From NCBI GenBank assembly GCA_951406725.2, contig OX597818.1, forward strand, positions 87,296,001-87,360,000: a stretch of 64,000 nucleotides of DNA. The letters are read 5' to 3'. Shown one piece after another: positions 37,660-51,945 of this stretch. The notes under the pieces are model-generated. The model was given only the letters and a program-made list of their open reading frames with translations, ran no database searches and was not told where the DNA came from. A program made the position numbers and the translations under genes. How positions within the stretch are numbered: the stretch's first letter is position 1; every line of letters begins with the position of its first letter. This DNA is from Octopus vulgaris (Eukaryota).

Positions 37660-37960
37660 TATCACCGTGACCGACCAGGCTATCAGATGTTGCTATACAT
37701 CGCTGGTCACAATGCGCTTAGCATTGTTTCTTAGCCTTCAAATGACGCCACCCCGCTGGCTAAGCGAGCAGGCCAACAGAAGAAAGAGTGAGAGAAAGTT
37801 GTGGCGAAAGAGTACAGCAGGTATCGCTACCCCACTGCCGGAGCCTCGTGGAGCTTTAGGTGTTTTCGCTCAATAAACACTCACAACGCCCGGTCTGGGA
37901 ACCGAAACCGCGATCCTACGACCGCGAGTCCGCTGCTCTAACCACCGGGCCATTGCGCCT

Positions 37961-37962
<2 letters not shown>
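37660..37962 (-). mobile_element. SINE family C, full length
   Basis: Reverse complement of 15097-15407; tRNA-like A and B boxes. Confidence 0.9.
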
Positions 37963-38021
<59 letters not shown>

Positions 38022-38239
38022 CACACAGACACATACACACATGTATATATATGTATGTGTGTGTGTGTAAGTATGTATATATGTAATGTATGCATGTATG
38101 CATGTATGTATGTGTATGTATGTATGTATGTATGTATGTATGTATGTATGCATGCATGCATGCATGCATGAATGTATGTATGTATGTATGTATGTATTAT
38201 GTATGTATGTACGTACGTATGTATGTATGTATGTATGTA

Positions 38240-38301
<62 letters not shown>

Positions 38302-38339
38302 ACATGAATAATAAAACGAAAAGTGTCTGAAAGTAAAAT

Positions 38340-38480
38340 AGCGAACGAGTGATGACGACTCGCGAGGTATACGTTATTGGTAACTATGGAAAATACTTAG
38401 AAATTTCGCGCCACACATGTCACGCGGCTATCACAGACATTCAAAAGCAGAGCGCTTTAAAAGAGGTACACGCGGTGTAA
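38340..38480 (+). promoter_or_regulatory. Putative promoter of the BTB-BACK gene
   Basis: Locally CpG-rich unique sequence with X-box-like GTAACTATGGAAA (38380-38392), E2F-like TTTCGCGC and CTCGCGAG. An acceptor-like tcttcttattactttAG at 39389 suggests a 5' UTR intron. Confidence 0.3.
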
Positions 38481-39282
38481 CTCGATATTTCTTTCACTGC
38501 TTTTCTTTTTGTTTTGTTTTGTTTCTGTTTAAATTGAATATTTTATTTCGGTTTTGAACTGTTTGCATATTTTGAAGAATCATTGAAAGAAAGAAAGAAC
38601 ACAATGTCTTGGATCGTTTAATTGTATGGCTTTATGCAATATCAAGGAGTTCGTGATATATTCTGGTGGAGTCTGAAGGAATTTTCATACGTACATAAAA
38701 ACATACACACATATATACACACATTCATAACATAACAGACGTACACACACATACACAATGTATATATAGATACGCATTAGAATGATAATACACGAATCCC
38801 ACTTTATGTTACCTAGCATGACTGAAAGAAGGGCAAAAATATTTAAATACATATACATACATACGTATTAGAAACGCAGAATCAAGTACTACCTACTTAC
38901 CTACATATATTCACACACATACACACATACATGCGCGTCCGCGCATACACTCACACTTGCACACACTCAATCACAGATATATATATATATATACACACGC
39001 AAACAAAATGAACTTTTTAGTATGACTCTAAAAAGACACTCTTTCTAACAGAAAATTGGCAACGAGCATTATATAATAATAGATTTTTGTCAATATCCCT
39101 ATTTTTGCGCTACTGTTGCAATAGTAAATCACTCTCTCTCGATTTATCTCACTTTTGGCAGCAATCTTGGGCTAAACTCAACGCTTGACCTACAGAGATT
39201 TTCTAGAAGCATTCGAAAGTCTCATATTTTAACAAATATACTCACACGTACACACAAAACTCTTAGCCCCACACAACCCGTC

Positions 39283-39359
<77 letters not shown>

Positions 39360-39406
39360 ATCTGTCTGTCTGTCTTCTTATTACTTTAGTCATTCATTTG
39401 TATTAA

Positions 39407-42400
39407 ATGGGATCTGTTGAATCCAAGCATCAAGACCCGCCGGCTTTAATCGGCACTACTGAACCTACGACAGTTGACAACAAAGCTCTAAACCAGACTA
39501 TGAATACTTGCATGATGATGCAAATGTTTCGCTCAACGGAATATCTGTGTAACATTACTATAAAAGTAGCCGACCGAATCTTCTCCGCTCACCAGACGAT
39601 ACTCGCTTGTCACAGTAGAGCATTTAAGAGGCTGATACAACAACAGGACAAATTAAACAGACAACTCTTCTTGAAATTAAACGACATCGATCCAGATACA
39701 TTCCAGAACCTATTGGATTACGTCTATACAGGAAAGATCAATATTGACGTCTGTAATATCACATCAATATCAATGGCTGCTCAGAAGTTGGAAATGGACA
39801 GTGTATTGAACCTATGCCGAAATTTTATTAAGGAAATGAGCATTGAGGAAGCAATGGCCATCATTGAAATTGAACCTAATCCTCCATGTAACAAGGTCTT
39901 TCGAAGTGCCATAAATTATATCCTGTACAATTACCAGAAAGTCTATAAACACGATCTGTTCGACAGGCTAAGTGTCAATAAGGTCAACTACTTACTTTCA
40001 CATGATAGTTTAGTGGTTGAATGGGAGATCCAGGTTTTGGATGGAATACTTAAGTGGATATATTATGACGTAGTAAACAGGTCAAATCATTTCCAAAGAT
40101 TAGTGAAAACCGTTAGATTTCATATGATGAGTGGAACTGAGCTGAATATCTTACCTTTGATGAGTGGATTAACAAAAGATTATTATCAGGATGTTTTATC
40201 ACATTGTCCCGTCATTGATTCCATCTGTAAGAATGGAAACCTTCATCGCATAGCAAAATGCGCAGATTGTAAACCGCGAAAACCCGAACCACATGGTATC
40301 AGTCTGGAAAAAACGCGGACAGGTATGAATATGGATCATTTCTTACTCAACCGCGGTAATTCAATGTACAAAATACCATCTAAACCTGTTCTGTGGTGTT
40401 TTTCACCGGAAGCTCGGACACTAATCAGAGGTGACCCTCCAGATTATCAAGTGATTGATAATGCAGTGACCTGGACTGGACATACAGATAAAAAACCTGT
40501 TTGTGATCTAGAAATAAAATCTAACGATGATTCTTCCACGAGGCAGAATCAGTGCTTGGAGGCCTATACAGACTGGCTCTTAAAGACTTGTGATGATTTT
40601 CCATGTTTGCCGAATGAAATCGAGCGAAGTTTGTCATTACAACATTTAAATCGTGGTGATGGAACTGAACGTATACGAATGATGAGTTCAGTGACTTTAA
40701 ATTCCGACGGTAGAATCGGAAGTATGTTGGCTTCAGCGGATAATAAAAATGTATGTATTTTGAATAACATTTTCAAGACCGAATCTTCAACATCAAAAGA
40801 AACTGGCACTGGAGATTTCGCATTGCAGACGGACATAAATGTGGGTAAGAAATTGCCTTTAGTTCCGAGTACAAGTTCAAACAGCGATTCAAATACAATA
40901 GATAAAGTGGAGAGACTTCTAAAAGATGTGAACAGAATATGTGACAGGTTGAGCACCGTGTATGGCTCAGAAAGTCCGAGAATGGTATTATCAAATGAGA
41001 ATATAATTGAACGGGACAAAGATGCGAATATTTCAACGATAGAAAAGGTGGAGACGATCTTAATGAACGTACAGAGGATGCAGCAGAGAGCTACTGAGCT
41101 TGGATCAGAGAGTACGACTTCAATGTTAAGTGTCAGTGACCAGGTGAAAACTAAAGATGGAATATTGGTAAAAGTTGGGATGCCACTGACTTCTTGTTCA
41201 ACTAATGTGAGTTATCCTAACACTGGAATACCGCCACAGATTAACTCACCGAGAAGGGAGAACTGCATTGAATTGAGAGAGAAAGCAGAAAGACTTTTAA
41301 ACGATATGGATCAAATTTTTGACAGACTGAAAAATCGTCCGCAAAACGAAGAAAATGTATTACCAATAAAAGTAGAAACAAAGACTGAGCCAAATATGAA
41401 AGCTACCCCTGATGCTGCTGTAAATGAGAGCGATAGTTTTGTTAAAATACTGGAAAAACTAACAGAAGGAGGTCAAGAAAAAGCTGAAAAATTTTCAGAA
41501 CAAACAAGAGGAAGTATAGAAGAAGCGGGAAAATCTGCAAACGTAAGAGGAGTAAGAGGAGGAGGCGGAAAAGAAGCCGAAAGAACTGTAGAGCTAAGAG
41601 AAGGAGGTGGAGCAGAAGCAGAAGCAGAAAAAACTGTAAAAATAAGCGGAGGGTCCAGAGAAAAAGCCGAACAAACTGTAGAGCTAAGAGAAGGAGGTGG
41701 AGAAGAAGCAGAAAAAACTGAAGAACTAAGTGGAGGAGCCCGAGAAAAAGCCGAAAGAACTGTAGAGCTAAGAGAAGGAGGTGGAGAAGGAGCAGAAGAA
41801 ACTGAAGAACTAAATGGAGGAACCCGAGAAAAAGCCGAAAGAACTGTAGAGCTAAGAGAAGGAGGTGGAGAAGAAGCAGAAGAAAGCGAAGAACTAAGTG
41901 GAGGAGCCCGAGAAAAAGCCGAAAGAGCTGTAGAGCTAAGAGAAGGAAGTGGAGAAGGAGCAGAAGAAACTGAAGAACTAAGTGGAGGAGCCCGAGAAAA
42001 AGCCGAAAGAGCTGTAGAGCTAAGAGAAGGAGGTGGAGAAGGAGCAGAAGAAACTGAAGAACTAAGTGGAGGAACCCGAGAAAAAGCCGAAAGAACTGTA
42101 GAGCTAAGAGGAGGAGACGGTGAAGAAACTGAAAGAACTGCAGAAGTAAGAGAAGGAGGCGGAGGAGAAGAAGGAGAATGTGAAGATCATTCAAACACGG
42201 TTTCGTTGACAATCTCTGAATCTGGCGAGGATGAGTTAACAAGAAAGAAACGGAAAAGTCATCCAGTGGTTAGTGTCTATGTAACGAATTCTCCGAAAGG
42301 CACACATCACAAGATTCGTTGGGTGACTACAAAACATAGAATTCATTCGGATTCTGAAGCGAGCGACACAGAATCGTCGAATTACACCGACGAGGGTGAG

Positions 42401-42412
42401 GGTGATGAATGA
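39407..42412 (+). CDS. BTB/POZ-BACK domain protein without Kelch repeats; acidic Glu/Gly tandem-repeat C-terminus; single coding exon
   Basis: 1001-aa uninterrupted ORF. BTB: LCNITIKVADRIFSAHQTILACHSRAF...FQNLLDYVYTGKI. BACK: FDRLSVNKVNYLLSHDSLVVEWEIQVLDGILKWIYYDVVNR...LVKTVRF. No GG/Y/W Kelch periodicity after the KPR motif. Confidence 0.92.
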   Translation: MGSVESKHQDPPALIGTTEPTTVDNKALNQTMNTCMMMQMFRSTEYLCNITIKVADRIFSAHQTILACHSRAFKRLIQQQDKLNRQLFLKLNDIDPDTFQNLLDYVYTGKINIDVCNITSISMAAQKLEMDSVLNLCRNFIKEMSIEEAMAIIEIEPNPPCNKVFRSAINYILYNYQKVYKHDLFDRLSVNKVNYLLSHDSLVVEWEIQVLDGILKWIYYDVVNRSNHFQRLVKTVRFHMMSGTELNILPLMSGLTKDYYQDVLSHCPVIDSICKNGNLHRIAKCADCKPRKPEPHGISLEKTRTGMNMDHFLLNRGNSMYKIPSKPVLWCFSPEARTLIRGDPPDYQVIDNAVTWTGHTDKKPVCDLEIKSNDDSSTRQNQCLEAYTDWLLKTCDDFPCLPNEIERSLSLQHLNRGDGTERIRMMSSVTLNSDGRIGSMLASADNKNVCILNNIFKTESSTSKETGTGDFALQTDINVGKKLPLVPSTSSNSDSNTIDKVERLLKDVNRICDRLSTVYGSESPRMVLSNENIIERDKDANISTIEKVETILMNVQRMQQRATELGSESTTSMLSVSDQVKTKDGILVKVGMPLTSCSTNVSYPNTGIPPQINSPRRENCIELREKAERLLNDMDQIFDRLKNRPQNEENVLPIKVETKTEPNMKATPDAAVNESDSFVKILEKLTEGGQEKAEKFSEQTRGSIEEAGKSANVRGVRGGGGKEAERTVELREGGGAEAEAEKTVKISGGSREKAEQTVELREGGGEEAEKTEELSGGAREKAERTVELREGGGEGAEETEELNGGTREKAERTVELREGGGEEAEESEELSGGAREKAERAVELREGSGEGAEETEELSGGAREKAERAVELREGGGEGAEETEELSGGTREKAERTVELRGGDGEETERTAEVREGGGGEEGECEDHSNTVSLTISESGEDELTRKKRKSHPVVSVYVTNSPKGTHHKIRWVTTKHRIHSDSEASDTESSNYTDEGEGDE
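41455..42175 (+). repeat. Coding minisatellite: 84-bp (28-aa) units built from two 42-bp subunits
   Basis: GAGCTAAGAG recurs at 41681, 41765, 41849, 41933, 42017, 42101; ELREGGGEEAEETE/ELSGGAREKAERTV. Confidence 0.95.
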
Positions 42413-42426
42413 ACGAAACGGAACGA

Positions 42427-42476
<50 letters not shown>

Positions 42477-42555
42477 CATATCTGATATTTGGACATTTAG
42501 AAACTAATGCTTTTGTAATTTATCATTAAATTTGTTACCTCAATTATGTTATTGT

Positions 42556-42616
<61 letters not shown>

Positions 42617-43253
42617 GAATACCCTCATAATAACCATCCCTCTTCACCATACACACAAGCACACCAAATACGAGAAATTCGCCGCTTCAAGCCAAAAAGG
42701 CTTTAGCTCTAACATTGTCTTCTCTTATAACCCTTAAAACAAGCGCCCAAGCCCTACCCAAAGCCGACCCTCATCGTTGCCCCATACTTTCAAATTATTT
42801 ACTCGCTACAATGTCCTGTATCAATTTTTAGAACCATGCTACAATGTATTCCCCCCACCCCCACCCCCAAAAAGGGACACCTATTACCAATCCACCGTAC
42901 TCACAGCCTTTCAAAACACGATAGCAACACTCCTAGCAACAATCATAGTCTTCTGACACATCGGATCACTTTCCCTCCATTATGATCTTTAATACGACTT
43001 ATTTCTTTTTCAGTTGATTCAGGGTTCCAAGTTACAAATCGCTTCATACACCTGAGAAGTTTGATAAAAGTAACGTGTCAGCGCTTCACCCCAATAAATT
43101 CTTTCACCATGTCTGGTACAAGAATTTCATATCTTAGCTGTTTCTCTGTGGACTCCACTTTCCTGCCAGTTCCGAACATTGAAGCATGCACTGAAGTTTT
43201 AGTCGATAGATTGTAAGTCTATTTATAAGTGTATTACTTTCTCTTAGTTCTAT

Positions 43254-43868
43254 TTCTTTTACTTGTTTCAGTCATTTGACTGTGGCCATGCTGGAGCACC
43301 GCCTTTAGTCGAGCAAATCGACCCCAGGACTTATTCTTTGTAAGCCTAGTACTTATTCTATAAGTCTCTGTTGCCGAACCGCTAAGTTACGGGGACGTAA
43401 ACACACCAGCTTCGGTTGTCAAGCGATGCTGGGGGGGGGGGGGGGACAAACACAGACACACAAACATACACACATACATACATACATATATACAACGGGC
43501 TTCTTTCAGTTTCCGTCTACCAAATCCACTCGCAAGGCTTTGGTCAGCCCGAGGCTACAGTAGAAGACACATGCCCAAGGCGTCACGCAGTGGGTCTGAA
43601 CCGCTAAGTTACGGGGACGTAAACACACCAGCATCGGTTGTCAAGCGATGCTGGGGGGACAAACACAGACACACAAACATACACACATATATACATACAT
43701 ATATACAACGGGCTTCTTTCAGTTTCCGTCTACCAAATCCACTCGCAAGGCTTTGGTCGACCCGAGGCTACAGTAGAAGACACCTGCCCAAGGCGCCACG
43801 CAGTGGGTCTGAACCCGGAACCATGTGGTTGGTAAGCAAGCTACTTACCACACAGCCACTCCTACGCC
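43254..43868 (-). mobile_element. SINE B with internal ~220-bp tandem duplication
   Basis: 43376-43602 is repeated at 43598-43815 via GAACC microhomology. Confidence 0.9.
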
Positions 43869-43997
43869 CATATTTTATAAAAAATATTAAAATGCAAATT
43901 TAAAGATGCGTAAATTATGTGAAAACATTTTGTTTATTTAATGAAGTAAGCTAAAGTAAGCTGTTGGGTTCGTACCTCAAAAATAGATTTGGATTAT

Positions 43998-44625
<628 letters not shown>

Positions 44626-44867
44626 GAGAGAGAATACGACTCCAAAATTTCAGGATTGCAGGTCCGTGTTCGACCCGGAATGTTTATAATTTACTCACGG
44701 AGTCAACCTAATTCTGAAATGGTATGATATGTTGGGGTACGGCCTCTAGGACACATTGACGTTCACATTTATTATATATATATGTTTTTTCGCCCTTTTC
44801 AAGCCTCCATTTATTATATTAGATATGTTTAATTTTGGGGAAACAGTATTTCAATTAAAGTGTATTT

Positions 44868-44921
<54 letters not shown>

Positions 44922-45011
44922 TGTTTGTATGTATATGTATATATGTACACACACACACACGCACACATACACACCCACACACGCACGCACACACATACAC
45001 ATATGTATATA

Positions 45012-46283
<1,272 letters not shown>

Positions 46284-46619
46284 TTCGCATTTATTATATT
46301 AGATTGTTGTAATTTTATACGTGTTAGCTTTTGTCAACAGGTTGAATTGTATTTATCGTAGTTCTTAGTTTTCTGTCAGATCGTAAATTGTAGCAAGCAC
46401 TCAAGGTATGAATGTCTTCTCTAACCTCCACTCAAGAAAGTCTTGTATAACACACTCATGATGAAGTTATATCGGACACTCTTCTTCTTCTTCTTCTTCT
46501 TCTTCTTCTTCTTCTTCTTCTTCTTCTTCTTCTTCTTCTTCTTCTTCTTCTTCTTCTTCTTCTTCTTCTTCTTCTTCTTCTTCTTCTTCTTCTTCTTCTT
46601 CTTCTGTTGGCAATCTCCT

Positions 46620-47315
46620 TGTAAATGTTGCGCTCTCCTTGCTAATCACTTCTCTCAACTATCACTCACATGCAGATGTCACACTCTCCACTCTCCTTGC
46701 TATCATTTCTCTCAACTTCACTCTCATGCAGATGTCACACTCTCCACTCTCCTTGCTATCACTTCTCTCAACCCTCACTCACATGCAGATGTCTCACTCA
46801 CAACACTCCTTACTATCACTTCTCTCAACTCTCACTAACATGCAGATATCACATTCTCCACACTCCTTGCTATCACTTCTCTCAACCCTCACTCACATGC
46901 AGATGTCACACTCTCCACTCTCGTTGGTATCACTACTCACAACCTTTACTCACATTCAGATCTCACACACTCCCACTCTCTTTGCTATCACTTCTCTCAA
47001 CTCTCACTCACATGCAGATGTCACACACTCTACACTCCATGCTATCACATCTCTCAACCCTCACTCACATGCAGATGTCTCACTCTCCACTCTTCACTCT
47101 CCTTAGTATCGCTACTCACAACCTTTACTCACATTCAGATCTCACACACTCCACTCTCTTTACTGTCAGTTCTCTCAACCTTCATTCACCTGCAGTTGTC
47201 ACACTCTCTACTCTCCTTGCCATCACCTTTCTCAATCCCCACTCAAATGCAGAAGTTATACTCTCCACTCTCCTTGCTATCGTATCTCTCAAATTTCACT
47301 CACATGCAGATACTC
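46620..47315. repeat. ~57-bp minisatellite, about 12 units, after (TTC)n
   Basis: Unit CATGCAGATGTCACACTCTCCACTCTCCTTGCTATCACTTCTCTCAACCCTCACTCA; CATGCAG spacing 56-59 bp. Confidence 0.92.
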
Positions 47316-47816
47316 TCTACGCCGCTTACTGCATTCTACATTTTCATGTGATCAACGATGACAAGCTGAAAATATACGACGATTTGGTTGCTATTTCGAT
47401 CAATCACAGATATACTTCCTCCTAGGATGGCGTGGATTCAGGAATAGGTCGGTCCAGTTAATATTTTGCTTACTCTTCAGTAAGGTGTTGTTATTGTAGT
47501 TGTTGTTACTGTGATTGTAAGTGTAATTGCTGTTGTTGATACTGCTGTTGGCCAGCTTCACCGTCACCCTAGTTAGATCTGACCATGCAGAAATATGCGA
47601 GGGAGGATGAGAGAAGGAGGAAATGGTGGAGAAACGAGTGGATTAGGATAACCGGGGTGGAGGCAATAGACGGTAACAAAAGCACAGAAGCACAGAGGTA
47701 GTAATGGTGGGAAAGAGTATCAGTGGATTACATCAACCCAGTATTTGATTAATACTTTATTTCATCCACCTTTGTGCATTTGTGTATATATGTTCATGCG
47801 TATGCTTGTGAAGCTG

Positions 47817-47962
<146 letters not shown>

Positions 47963-47972
47963 GTGTAGAGAA

Positions 47973-48199
47973 GGCGGCGAGCTGGCAGAAACGTTAGCAC
48001 GCCGGCCTAAAATGCGTAGCCGTATTTCGTCTGCCGTTACGTTCTGAGTTCAAATTCCGCCGAGGTCGATTTTGCCTTTCATCCTTTCGGGGTCGATAAA
48101 TTAAGTACCTGTTACGCACTGGGGTCGATGTAATCGGCTAAATACCTTTGTCTGTCCTTGTTTGACACTTCTATGTTTAGCTCCTTGTGGGTAATAAAG

Positions 48200-48203
<4 letters not shown>
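47973..48203 (+). mobile_element. SINE family A in (TA)n
   Basis: Full head to tail. Confidence 0.93.
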
Positions 48204-48253
<50 letters not shown>

Positions 48254-48668
48254 GTGTATATATCTTTGTATATATCTGCGAAGTTAAAATCTACAGTCAG
48301 TGAGTAGATTTAATACTATTATGTTCTTAGGAATGAAATCAATCTCTCTGTCTGTATATCTACCCTCTTTATAATGTTGGCAAACGAAATAGGGATAAGA
48401 ATGTGCATTGTCCGTTTGATTGGAAAATTTCTATAAGTGGCTGAAGATTGCTCAACATTTTAAAACTGATGTAATACTTACAGAGTTTAAAAAAATGAAG
48501 TAGCATAAAACGATCGCACCACATTACCTCTGATATACTTGTTGCTTATTTTGATTGTAATCACCCCATGGATTTATATGGATAATACCATACAAAATTC
48601 TGGTGCCTTTGACTTATGTACCATATTCATCTGAACATGAATTTTGCTGAACTTATATATATATATAA

Positions 48669-49047
48669 CGGCACTCCGTCGGTTACGATGACGAGGGTTC
48701 CAGTTGATCCGATCCACGGAACAGCCTGCTCATGAAATTAACGTGGAAGTGGTTGAGCACTCCACAGACATGTGTATCCTTAACGTAGTTCTCGGGGAGA
48801 TTCAGCGTGACACAGAATGTGGCGAGGCTTGCCCTTTGAAATACAGGTACAACGAAAACAGGAAGAAAGAGTGAGCCAAAGTTGTGGTGAAAGAGTAAAG
48901 CAGGGTTCGCGACCACCCCCTGACGGAATATTGTGGAGCTTTAAATATTTTGGCTCAATAAACACCCCCAATACCCGGTCTGGGAATCGAAACCGCGATC
49001 CTACGACGGCGAGTCCGCTGCCCTAAACACTGGGCCATTGTACTTCC
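48669..49047 (-). mobile_element. SINE family C head with an alternative 3' half
   Basis: Head matches 37660-37962; the 3' part (…GTCACGCTGAATCTCCCCGAGAACTACG…ACCGACGGAGTGCC) is unrelated. Confidence 0.85.
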
Positions 49048-49070
49048 ATATATATCTATATCTATAACTA

Positions 49071-49213
<143 letters not shown>

Positions 49214-49414
49214 ATATTTATATATATATACAGATGTATCATGTAAGTACGAAAGTATAAATGCATGTGTGTATGCATGTATGTGCGTATACATATTTAT
49301 GTACATAAATGTGTTTGAGCATGTCCACATCACATGTATACACGTATTTATATAAATATTTATATGTATACATATACACATATATACATATATATGCATA
49401 TATATATGCGCATA

Positions 49415-49475
<61 letters not shown>

Positions 49476-49635
49476 ATGTATATATGTATGTGTGTATGTT
49501 TGTATGTGCGTGTGCACACGTAATTTCTTGTCAGCATGTTAAATATTCTTACATTCTCCTTTGCACCCTCTTACGGTCCACCCCGTCTTTCCTCGTCTCT
49601 CTTCTTCCTCTCCCCCTTCTCCTCCTCATCCACAT

Positions 49636-49731
<96 letters not shown>

Positions 49732-49967
49732 AAAAATAATTTATGTTCAGTTTTTACAGCCACGAGGAATCCGAAGAGAGCTAAAATATTAAAGAAGATC
49801 GGATTCTTCTGGAATCACAACTCACAAATCACTTCACATCAACTTTCTTTTAGACATCTCCTGACTCATTCTTTATTGTCAATTAGACCCAGGTGTAAAA
49901 ACTCGCTTTAATTGCACTTAACTTCATTTTTGTTCATTTTATGTTTTGCGTATATGTGTGTGTATAG

Positions 49968-50004
<37 letters not shown>

Positions 50005-50127
50005 GAGTGTGAAGTGTGGTGTGTACGTTTGGATAAGAAACATTCTCTTTCATTTTATCTTCCTCCCACTATCGTAATTTTCCGATTATCTTCAATCATT
50101 TTCATGCTGTAATGACAAGCTAAAATC

Positions 50128-50174
<47 letters not shown>

Positions 50175-50273
50175 CTTCTTCTTCTTCTTCTTCTTCTTCT
50201 TCTTCTTCTTCAACCCTCCATCCATCCATCCATCCTCCTCCTCCTCCTCCTCCTCTCCATCCATCCTCCTCCT

Positions 50274-50600
50274 TATTACCTCCGCCTTAGCGAAGGCGGA
50301 GGTATTGTTTTTAGTAGTGTTTGTTTGTTATCTCAAGAACCGCTGGATGGATTCGGATGAAACTTCCAGAGATGTTTGGCCTCGTGACTGGCACCAACTG
50401 ATTAGATTTTGGGATCGATCCGGTATAGGACAAGGATTCTGGATTATTTTCCCTTTTGTTTTTTTTTAACCTAATCTTTGAGAGCAGTCAGGTTCATTTT
50501 TTAGCATTCTCGTTTGTAAGAGCAGTCGAGTTTATTTCAGATATTCTCATTTTAAAAATCCTCTCCGGCTAATCATTAAGAGGACGTTGGTGTTGTCGTT
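50274..50600 (+). mobile_element. Helentron-associated (HINE/DINE-like) non-autonomous element
   Basis: Subterminal hairpin TTACCTCCGCC..GGCGGAGGTATTGTTTT followed by GGATGGATTCGGATGAAACTT and GATTAGATTTTGGGATCGATCCGG motifs. Confidence 0.65.
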
Positions 50601-51090
50601 AGTGTTGTATTTGAGTCAGTCGAGTTTGAAGTGTATATGCTCCATGTGAGTACTGTTATTGTTAAACTGTTATTTACTGAATTGTTGGATTGTTGTTACC
50701 TGAAATTGTTGAACTTGTTACCTGGTTTTTAAATTTTCTTCTCCATTTATGGGTGAAATTGTGAACAATATTGTGATGGAAGGGACACCAGTACACCAGT
50801 TATTAATAATTATTTCGAGTCTTTTGCAATGGGCCAGCAATTTTGACAATAGAGGCAAGTCGATTATATCGATCCCAATGCCCAACTGGTACGTATTTTA
50901 TCGATCTCGAAAAGTGGCGAGTTGAGTGTTTGCGTATCACCCTATAGCTTCGTCGGAGCTTCAAAAAATGAAATGCAATTTTATTCGAGACATCATCTGT
51001 AATATTATTGTGCGCGTTCCTACGTTTCTGTCTGTTTTGTCTGAGTATTTCGCTTACGCTAAGGGAGGTAGTAACTCGAATGGAAAAATA

Positions 51091-51945
51091 TTGGGTCATC
51101 CTATAAATAATGCGTTTTTTTAATACTTCTTTTATTTTTCAAAATTAAGATAAACAAAGTTCTTTTTTAGTATAAAATATATTCTCCTTCATTTTCTACA
51201 ATGCTCTTCCATCTATCTAGTAGACTTGCAAGGCCCTTCTTACAAAATTCACTTGTCCGTGACGGAAAATACTCCTCCAGTACGGTTGTGACCTCGTCTA
51301 CAGAATTCATATTTTCCCTGTCCAAATGATTTTGGAGACTGCAGAATAAATGAAAATCAGATGGGGCAATGTCCAACAAATATGGTGGTTGGGGCATCGT
51401 TTCCCATTCAAACTGCTCCAGCCTTTGAAATGTCGTCCTCGCTGTATGTGGCCGAATATTATCCTGATGGAAGAACACCTTTCGTCTTGAAACCAAAGAT
51501 GGATGTTTTTCTTTTAGTGCTGACTTAAGCCGCTCAAGCCGCTCGCAGTAGATCTCTTTTGTTATCGTTTGGCTTAGAGTTTAAAAGTTCAAAGTGGACT
51601 AAACCTTTCACATTCCAGCAAACAGATAGCAACACCTTACGTGGGTGAAGACCTTCATTAGCCTGGCATACCGGTATTTCTCCTTTCCCTACCAACTGTC
51701 TTCGGCGCTTGACATTTTCATAGAGAACCCATTTCTCGTCACCAGTCACTATTCATTCCAACAAAAATTCATTCGTGAGACGTGACAGCAAAGAAGAGAA
51801 CACATTCACTCTCTGCACGCTATTAGACTCGGAAACTTTGCGAACAACCCATTGGCCCAATTTGCTGACTTTTGCGATGGCACGCAGGTGTCGATGAATG
51901 GTTGAATGACCAAATCCAAGCTTCTCTGCTAGTTCCTGGGATAAT
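51091..51945 (-). mobile_element. mariner (DD34D) transposase pseudogene
   Basis: KLGQWV, IVTGDEKWVLYEN, FHQDNIRPH, PPYLLDIAPSDFHLF; TA-TTGGGTCATCC TIR at the left end. Confidence 0.9.

Noticed and set aside
37890-37962. tRNA-like sequence (also SINE A and B heads and 54830-54900)
   Set aside because: A/B boxes are present but there is no proper acceptor stem, and the sequence continues into a multi-copy SINE body.
41442-42242. 266-aa Leu-rich antisense ORF
   Set aside because: Shadow of the purine-rich coding repeat on the opposite strand.
46639-47425. 155- and 251-aa repetitive ORFs
   Set aside because: A 57-bp (multiple of 3) minisatellite is open in several frames at once, with frame-shifting unit-length variation.
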